Positions 57,527-64,000 of a stretch of DNA of 64,000 nt are shown piece after piece (positions within the stretch are counted from its first letter, which is position 1; the number at the start of each line of letters is the position of its first letter). The translations under genes and the position numbers were made by a program. Source of the stretch: a virus (taxonomy: Duplodnaviria > Caudoviricetes); the IMG/VR virus record IMGVR_UViG_3300010167_000010, positions 1-64,000 of that record. The stretch is one strand, 5' to 3'. The notes under the pieces are model-generated. The model saw only the letters and a list, made by a program, of their open reading frames with translations, made no database searches and was not told the origin of the DNA.

Positions 57527-58962
57527 TGAATATTCAGTCTAAAATACCTTCCACTGCGAAGAAAATCTGTAATACCCTTCACAAAAAAGGTTTTGAGGCT
57601 TATATTTGTGGCGGAGCAATTAGAGATATAATTATTGGTCGCGAGCCTAAAGATTTCGATATTGTATCTAATGCAACCCCAGAAGATATAGAAAAACTTT
57701 TTCCGAAGACGCTTCCTATTGGAAAAGCATTTGGAATAATTACTGTTATTTATAATAATGAATCTTATGAAATTGCTCAGATGAGAATAGACGGAAATTA
57801 TTCTGACGGAAGACATCCTGATGATATTTTTATCACCCGAGATATTGAAAAAGATTTGGCAAGACGAGATTTTACAATGAATGCTATTGCGTGGTGCCCG
57901 TCAAGAGAAATAATAAGAGATCCGTATGCGGGTACTATGGATATAATGGATAAAGAAATTACTTTTGTTGGTGATGCTTTAATTCGTATTCAAGAAGATA
58001 AGCTGCGCATATTAAGAGCTTTTCGTTTTTCAAGTCAAATAGGTTTTAAAATTGCTGACAGTTCTTTAGAAGCTATTCAATTATGGATAAATGAAGGAAA
58101 TACTTTTGAAGGTGTTTCTCAAGAAAGAATTTCTGCAGAATTTAGCAAAATAGTAACTGGTAAAAATGCAATGGAAACAATTAAATTGATGGCAGAAATT
58201 GGATTACTTTGGATGATTATTCCTGAATTAAAAGATTTGTGTGAAGAACATAATAACGAATATCATACTGAGTTTATGAGGGACCTAAAAAATATTAGTA
58301 ATACTTCTATTTTGGTTCACGTATTATACGTAATAAAGTTTGCAACAGAACATCTCTTAAATAGGGGAGTAGAAACTGAAACAGAAAAATTGTTAATTAT
58401 GTTAGCAGCTTTATTTCATGATATTGGAAAACCTGTTTGTAGAGAAACAAAATCGAACGGAAAAAGTAGATATTTGAATCATGATACTATTGGTGCTGAA
58501 ATGACTTTTAATATTTTAACTCGTATGAAGTTTTCAAACGAGATTATTAAAGGTGTTACTAATTTAGTTAGAAGACATATGAATGCGCATGATATTCCTA
58601 AAATTAAAAAGGTTCATAAAATAAAGCGCATATTAGCTTCAGAGTATTTCGACTTGTTAATGATATTATCGTATTGTGATACTATGGGGACTGCTGGAAA
58701 TAATGGAGTACCTAACTTAAAGGATGCAGAAGCATTTCATAATTGTGTTTGTGATTATATATCTAAATATGGAAAGAAACTTCCTACTCCTTTGGTAACA
58801 GGTGATACTTTAATTCATCTTGGTTTTACTCCTGGTCCAGACTTTAAGGAAAGATTAGAGAAGACTTTCAATTATCAACTTAATGGTTGTGATTGTAAAA
58901 TCAAACTAATATCTTATGCAAAGGGGTTGATTCTAAAAAATCAATCTTGGGAAACACCTTAG
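57526..58962 (+). CDS. cca: CCA-adding tRNA nucleotidyltransferase (class II) with HD domain
   Basis: GGAIRD..DFDI, DLARRDFTMNA, EDKLRILRAFRF, SQERI..E, LFHDIGK. Confidence 0.92.
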   Translation: MNIQSKIPSTAKKICNTLHKKGFEAYICGGAIRDIIIGREPKDFDIVSNATPEDIEKLFPKTLPIGKAFGIITVIYNNESYEIAQMRIDGNYSDGRHPDDIFITRDIEKDLARRDFTMNAIAWCPSREIIRDPYAGTMDIMDKEITFVGDALIRIQEDKLRILRAFRFSSQIGFKIADSSLEAIQLWINEGNTFEGVSQERISAEFSKIVTGKNAMETIKLMAEIGLLWMIIPELKDLCEEHNNEYHTEFMRDLKNISNTSILVHVLYVIKFATEHLLNRGVETETEKLLIMLAALFHDIGKPVCRETKSNGKSRYLNHDTIGAEMTFNILTRMKFSNEIIKGVTNLVRRHMNAHDIPKIKKVHKIKRILASEYFDLLMILSYCDTMGTAGNNGVPNLKDAEAFHNCVCDYISKYGKKLPTPLVTGDTLIHLGFTPGPDFKERLEKTFNYQLNGCDCKIKLISYAKGLILKNQSWETP

Positions 58963-59014
58963 ATTTAATCCCCCAGAAATGGGGGATTTCTTATATAATA
59001 TTAAGGAGATAAAA

Positions 59015-59509
59015 TTGTTAAAAACTAATCATAATTGGAAAAAAATTCCAACTTTTTCAAAAATTAGAAAATTTCATAATCATCATTTTGATGTTATAAA
59101 TTCAACAATGGATAATGAAGATATAAAAGATTATTCAGACGGAAGACATCCAATAAAAAATAAATATCAATGGTTAAGACAACCTAGCGGTGGAAATTCA
59201 CATAATTTCGATATTAAAGATTTTCCAAAGTCTGTATGTTATATCCCTACTAATAAAGAATTCTTTATAAGAAAAAATGGAGAATCTGGTACATTTGGTA
59301 ATAGAAGAAATGATCCTAAATATTCTAGAGATTATCATTATTTTATGTGTTTTCTTGAAGAATGGATTGGAAAAAAAATATTTGATGTAAAAATAACGAA
59401 AGAAAATTATAATTTAGATTCAACAAGACATTTAGTTGAGTTTAGAACTAAAAATGCTTTATTTGATATTTTTAAAACTTCTAACCCAAATGACCATTAT
59501 AAAACTTAA
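59015..59509 (+). CDS. hypothetical protein (TTG start after AAGGAG; revised from 58979)
   Basis: promoter at 58989 and RBS lie inside the longer ORF. Confidence 0.5.
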   Translation: MLKTNHNWKKIPTFSKIRKFHNHHFDVINSTMDNEDIKDYSDGRHPIKNKYQWLRQPSGGNSHNFDIKDFPKSVCYIPTNKEFFIRKNGESGTFGNRRNDPKYSRDYHYFMCFLEEWIGKKIFDVKITKENYNLDSTRHLVEFRTKNALFDIFKTSNPNDHYKT

Positions 59510-59529
59510 TTTCAATAAAGGAGAAAAAT

Positions 59530-59790
59530 ATGACAGATCATGAAAGATGGGAAGCATCATCAATAGATGCTTGTTTACGATTAAAAGAAGATTTAGGATT
59601 AAAGATTACTTCTGAACTGCAAGAATTGCTTTACGAGCATAAAAAAGGAATGTTTATTGCAGACTGTAGTGACGATTATTTTGGCAAAACTATTCCAGAA
59701 CAAGCCGCGCTCAAAAAGAAACTTCAAGATTATTTGCTTAATTTAGGTTTTACAAAAGAAAAAATAAACCAAACAATTAAATGGATATAA
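59530..59790 (+). CDS. hypothetical protein
   Basis: AAGGAG RBS. Confidence 0.6.
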   Translation: MTDHERWEASSIDACLRLKEDLGLKITSELQELLYEHKKGMFIADCSDDYFGKTIPEQAALKKKLQDYLLNLGFTKEKINQTIKWI

Positions 59791-59853
59791 CAACTAAATA
59801 ATTAAGTTAATATAATTATAGGAAATCAGAGAGATTTCTAAAATGGAGTTTAA

Positions 59854-60867
59854 ATGAAAATAGGCGTTTTTATTGGGCGCTTCCAACCTGTTCACAATAT
59901 TCATTCTAAAATAATAAATTATTCTCTATCTAAATATGATAAAACTGTAATTATAATTGGAAGTTCTGAAGCTTCATTTTCTTTACGAAATCCTTTTAGT
60001 GATGATTTTAGAAAACATATGATTACTGGCTGTATTGAAGATAAAAGAGCTAGTACTTTTTCGATTAGATTTTTAAAAGATTCTAATTATAATTTTAATC
60101 AATGGTTAAAAGATGTTCATAATATTGTTGAAGATGAAAAATTAACAAAAAATGATGAAATATTTTTAATTGGTCATTATAAAGATTCTGGAAGTTATTG
60201 GTTAAATCATTTCCCGCAATGGAATTTAGATAAAATAGATTTTGAAGATAAATTAAGTAGTACACAAATAAGAGAAAATTTATTTAGTTGGTGTCCAACT
60301 GATTGGAAAGATTATGTTCCAGAGTCTACAATAAAAGTTATAAATGATTGGAAATCTTCTAGAAATGATTTATTTGAATTAGCTAAAAATGAACTTCAAT
60401 TTATTACCGATTATAAAAATAAATGGTCAAATGCACCATTTCCGCCAACATTTGTTACAGTAGATTCGATAGTATTATGTAAAGGCCATGTAGTAATAAT
60501 AAAACGTGGAAGAAACCCAGGCAAAGGTCAATATGCAATGCCTGGCGGTTTTATAAATCAAAATGAATCTTTAAAAGATGCAGCAATTAGAGAATTAAAA
60601 GAAGAAACTAAAATTGATGTTGCAAAACCTATTTTAGAAAATTCTTTGAAACAAGTTAAAGTATTCGATTATCCATATAGAGACCCGCGGGGTAGAATTA
60701 TTACTCATGTGCATCAATTTGAATTAAATTTAAAAGAACTTCCAAATATCAAAGCAGCTGATGATGCAAATGATGTTAAATGGATGTCTTTTGGAGATAT
60801 TGATTTAGGATATAGTCATTTTTATTCTGATCATTATCAAATTATAAAAAACATATTAGAGTTCTAA
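59854..60867 (+). CDS. nadM: bifunctional NMN/NaMN adenylyltransferase - Nudix ADP-ribose pyrophosphatase (NadM-Nudix)
   Basis: IGRFQPVHNIH, IGS...RNPFS, SSTQIR; Nudix box PGGF....ESL..AAIRELKEET; RDPRGR. Confidence 0.92.
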   Translation: MKIGVFIGRFQPVHNIHSKIINYSLSKYDKTVIIIGSSEASFSLRNPFSDDFRKHMITGCIEDKRASTFSIRFLKDSNYNFNQWLKDVHNIVEDEKLTKNDEIFLIGHYKDSGSYWLNHFPQWNLDKIDFEDKLSSTQIRENLFSWCPTDWKDYVPESTIKVINDWKSSRNDLFELAKNELQFITDYKNKWSNAPFPPTFVTVDSIVLCKGHVVIIKRGRNPGKGQYAMPGGFINQNESLKDAAIRELKEETKIDVAKPILENSLKQVKVFDYPYRDPRGRIITHVHQFELNLKELPNIKAADDANDVKWMSFGDIDLGYSHFYSDHYQIIKNILEF

Positions 60868-60880
60868 GGAGGAACACGAA

Positions 60881-61552
60881 ATGAAAAAAATATTAATTGT
60901 AGTAGACCCACAAAATGATTTTGTGAAACCGAATGGAGCATTAGCGGTCCCTAATGCAGAAACAGTAATTCCTAACATAAATAAATTGTTAAACGCTAAA
61001 TTTGATTTTGTAATTATTTCACAAGATTGGCATCCAGCAGATCATATTTCTTTTGCTAGGACACATGGTGCTGAAGTATTTACTGAAAGAGATACTTTAC
61101 AAGGAGCTGGAAGTGCAGCAGGAATTAAAACTATCAGACAAGTGATGTGGCCGAACCATTGTGTTGCAAATACTTCAGGAGCTGAAATTCATTCAGGTAT
61201 TGATCAAAGTAAAGTTAATGCAATATTTAGAAAAGGAGCTGATAAATTTAGAGAATGTTATTCTTTATTTGAATATGTTTATGAACCTGGAACTACTGTT
61301 TTTGGAGATGAGTATTTAACACCGTTTTATAAAATAATTGCAGAAATGAAACCTATAGAAATTATAATTTGTGGTTATGCAACTGATTTTTGTTGTGCAC
61401 AAACTGCAATAGGGGCAAATAAAATTGCTTGCGCTACTTTAATAACAGATGCATGTGCTCCAGTTGATCCAGGAAATGTAGAAATGACTTATAAACGTTT
61501 ACAAGCTATAAACATTACATTAAAAACTACTGCTAAATATTTGGGAGAATAA
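60881..61552 (+). CDS. pncA: nicotinamidase/pyrazinamidase
   Basis: VVDPQNDF..GAL.V, SQDWHP.DH.SF, WP.HC, KG, G.ATDFC. Confidence 0.92.
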   Translation: MKKILIVVDPQNDFVKPNGALAVPNAETVIPNINKLLNAKFDFVIISQDWHPADHISFARTHGAEVFTERDTLQGAGSAAGIKTIRQVMWPNHCVANTSGAEIHSGIDQSKVNAIFRKGADKFRECYSLFEYVYEPGTTVFGDEYLTPFYKIIAEMKPIEIIICGYATDFCCAQTAIGANKIACATLITDACAPVDPGNVEMTYKRLQAINITLKTTAKYLGE

Positions 61553-61553
61553 T

Positions 61554-62753
61554 ATGATTATAGAATCTTTACTTGATACTGATTTATATAAATTTAATAT
61601 GATGCGTATATTTATTGAGAAATTTTTTAATAGTTATGGTCGTTATGTATTTAAATGTAGAACACCAAATATAAAATTTACTCCAGAAATGTTTAAAGAT
61701 ATTGGAGAAGAATTACGACATGTTGCTACATTGCGATTTTCTCCTGAAGAAATAGATTATATAAAAAATATTCGTTATCATAGTACAGCATACGGATATC
61801 TTAATTTTCTAAAAATGTTTCAATTAGACATGAGTAATTTTAAAAAATTAGATTTACATGATGGTAAACTTGAGATAGAAGTTGAAGGACCAATATTTCA
61901 AGTAAGTATGTGGGAAACATTTGTATTAGCGATAGTACAAGAAACTTATTGGAAACATACTATTGGTGATGACGACGTTCCTGATAGAAATACTTTAATG
62001 CACGATGGTATAAATAAATTACTTGGAGATTTAGAAATTATGCATCATCATCCATTTTTATTAATCGAATTTGGGACTAGAAGAAGATTTAGCAAAGGTT
62101 ATCAAGAAGCAGTATTAAAAATTTTATTAAAACAAACACCAGAAGGATCTTTATTTGGTACTTCTAATGTAGAACTTGCTAAAAAATATCGCTTACGACC
62201 TTGCGGAACTATGGCACACGAATATATTTGTTTAGGCCAAGCACTTAAACATGTACCTATTGGAGAAAGTCAAACTTATATGCTGGATCAATGGTACGAT
62301 TTATATGGTGATAGTTTAGGAACTGCATTAAGTGATACTCTTGGTACAGATAAATTTTTAAAAGATTTTACTCCCCGATATGCTAAATTATATGATGGTG
62401 TTCGTCACGATTCTGGTGACCCTTTAACTTGGGGAAATAAAATTATTGAACATTATACAAGTATGGGAATTGATCATAAAACTAAAGTATTATTTTTTAG
62501 TGATAGTTTAACTCTAGAAAAAGCTTCTGAAATAAAAACTTACTTTAAAAAATTTCATGATCATTATAAAATAAGTTTTGGGATAGGGACAGCTTTAACT
62601 AATAATATCCCAGGAATAACTCCATTAAATCTAGTAATGAAACTAGTTGAAGCAAATGGAAGACCAGTAGCAAAAATTAGTGATGAATCTGGAAAAACGA
62701 TGTGTGAAGATGAAAAATATCTTGAATATTTGAGATATACTATAAATAATTAG
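61554..62753 (+). CDS. pncB: nicotinate phosphoribosyltransferase
   Basis: SLLDTDLYKF.M, EFGTRRRFS, GTSNV, GTMAHE, GVRHDSGDP, FGIGT, VMKL...PVAKISD..GK. Confidence 0.93.
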   Translation: MIIESLLDTDLYKFNMMRIFIEKFFNSYGRYVFKCRTPNIKFTPEMFKDIGEELRHVATLRFSPEEIDYIKNIRYHSTAYGYLNFLKMFQLDMSNFKKLDLHDGKLEIEVEGPIFQVSMWETFVLAIVQETYWKHTIGDDDVPDRNTLMHDGINKLLGDLEIMHHHPFLLIEFGTRRRFSKGYQEAVLKILLKQTPEGSLFGTSNVELAKKYRLRPCGTMAHEYICLGQALKHVPIGESQTYMLDQWYDLYGDSLGTALSDTLGTDKFLKDFTPRYAKLYDGVRHDSGDPLTWGNKIIEHYTSMGIDHKTKVLFFSDSLTLEKASEIKTYFKKFHDHYKISFGIGTALTNNIPGITPLNLVMKLVEANGRPVAKISDESGKTMCEDEKYLEYLRYTINN

Positions 62754-62762
62754 GAGAATAAA

Positions 62763-63248
62763 ATGTATACTAGTTTAATTGACATTCTTTTATGGCTTAG
62801 TTTAGTAAAAGGAATTATTATTGCCTTTGGACTAACTTTTGGTTTTGGTTCAATTGTTTGGTGGGTTTATGCATATATGAGAAGCGATAATCATAAATCT
62901 TATAGAGCTCAAACAATAATGGGATTTGTTTTTCTATTTTTAATGATGTGTATGATTGCTGTAGGTTCATCATATTTTTTAAAACCAGAATGGCAAATAG
63001 CTAAAGCAGTTGCAAAGCAAGTTGATATTCATATTGTTGCTAACCCAGAATCTACATTTAGTCCAGACGTTTTAATTGGTCATGCTGATAAGGCAGTATT
63101 AGGAGTATTTACAATTATTCAAGATGCTCCAGCAAATATTCAAAAATTGATTGGCGGCCAATCGATGGCTGAAATTCAAGCTGAACGTGAAGCACGAGAA
63201 AGACAAGCTGAGTTCCAAGAATTTTTAAGATGGCGAGAACAGCAATGA
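62763..63248 (+). CDS. membrane protein
   Basis: 2 TM segments. Confidence 0.6.
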   Translation: MYTSLIDILLWLSLVKGIIIAFGLTFGFGSIVWWVYAYMRSDNHKSYRAQTIMGFVFLFLMMCMIAVGSSYFLKPEWQIAKAVAKQVDIHIVANPESTFSPDVLIGHADKAVLGVFTIIQDAPANIQKLIGGQSMAEIQAEREARERQAEFQEFLRWREQQ

Positions 63249-63291
63249 TTGGAATGTATATTTATGGTATTGGAATGATAGGATTAAGTAT

Positions 63292-63765
63292 ATGTCTGGT
63301 CTTTTATCTAAAACACTATTTGGAAAACCCATGAAAAAATATTTAGAAATTTATACAGATGGGGGTTGGTATGAACAAAAAAATAGAATTACCTGGGGAT
63401 TTATTATTGTAGATAATGATGTTATTCAATATACAGAAAATTCTCATGGATCAGGTGCACATAAAGCAGACGTGGAGCGGGCTGAAAGTGAAGCTATTAT
63501 ACAAGCATGTAAATATGTTGCTAAAAATCCCGGAAATTATCGTTTATATACCGATAGCAAAAGTGTAATAAATAAAATAGAAAATAAAGTCCCAAATGCA
63601 ACTAAAAACCCAAATATAAAAGGGATTCAAAAAATATTAAATAGTGTTAATAGTTCTTGGAATCCAGAATCATTAGTTATAGAATATAAAAGAAGACGAA
63701 GCGATATATTTTCTGAACATATAGATGATTTATGTAGAGCATGGAGCGGGGTAAATTTTAAATGA
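63292..63765 (+). CDS. ribonuclease HI-like protein
   Basis: IYTDGG, AESEAI, LYTDSKSV, D.LC. Confidence 0.82.
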   Translation: MSGLLSKTLFGKPMKKYLEIYTDGGWYEQKNRITWGFIIVDNDVIQYTENSHGSGAHKADVERAESEAIIQACKYVAKNPGNYRLYTDSKSVINKIENKVPNATKNPNIKGIQKILNSVNSSWNPESLVIEYKRRRSDIFSEHIDDLCRAWSGVNFK

Positions 63766-64000
63766 ATGGGAAAATTATTAGTGTTTTTCCATGTTCAGGA
63801 AAAACACATACAGTAACAAAATATTATTTTGAACTTGATTGTGTAGATCATGATTTTTATGATTGGAAATATCGCTCCGTTCATCAGGAAAAAATTTGGT
63901 TAAAACATTACTTATCTAGAATGCATCAATTACAAAGAAAATTTAAATTTGTTTTTGTAAATGCTTTACCAGAAATTGTTAACGAATTACCAAAAGATTC

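Noticed and set aside
1351-57816. Short antisense or out-of-frame ORFs nested in larger genes (e.g. 1351, 4347, 10944, 17926, 28495, 31093, 43366, 53107-54347, 57523)
   Set aside because: These are shadow frames of well-supported genes.
1-64000. Stop-codon reassignment
   Set aside because: Conserved genes are full length under code 11, TAA, TAG and TGA all end genes, and no suppressor (CUA/UCA/UUA) tRNA was found.

Overview
This is a very AT-rich, gene-dense 64-kb segment of a large tailed phage with T4-like head and baseplate genes, read with the standard bacterial genetic code. The host is probably a spirochete (Treponema-like FliG/FliM, tRNA-Arg GCG plus UCG). Left part (1-24 kb): ClpS, Mre11/SbcD nuclease, primase, thymidine kinase, RecA/UvsX, Pth2, dUTPase, a B12 radical SAM enzyme and many small ORFs. 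Middle (24.6-45 kb): a large translation and RNA island with about 27 tRNAs (19 amino acids), tmRNA, a minimal RNase P RNA, several anticodon-less tRNA-like RNAs, a probable GOLLD-like RNA, GIY-YIG and HNH nucleases, a diguanylate cyclase, FliG and a FliM-FliN fusion. The island ends with a DUF2828 (Ro/TROVE-like vWA) gene followed by an array of five stem + [A/G/T]C[A/T]GCAA RNAs. Right part: tube/baseplate-like proteins, a prohead protease-scaffold fusion, putative internal virion proteins, a CCA-adding enzyme, a NadM-PncA-PncB NAD salvage cluster and RNase H. Best candidates for undescribed systems: (1) the DUF2828 protein with its Y-RNA-like array carrying anticodon mimics, plus a tRNA body holding a permuted copy of the same motif; (2) a leader-peptide attenuator with 16 different amino acids upstream of the tRNA island; (3) seven small proteins, mostly unrelated, sharing a C-terminal ELF[D/E/N]-stop tag; (4) a phage flagellar-switch and c-di-GMP module. 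All calls come from reading the sequence by eye; no searches were run.
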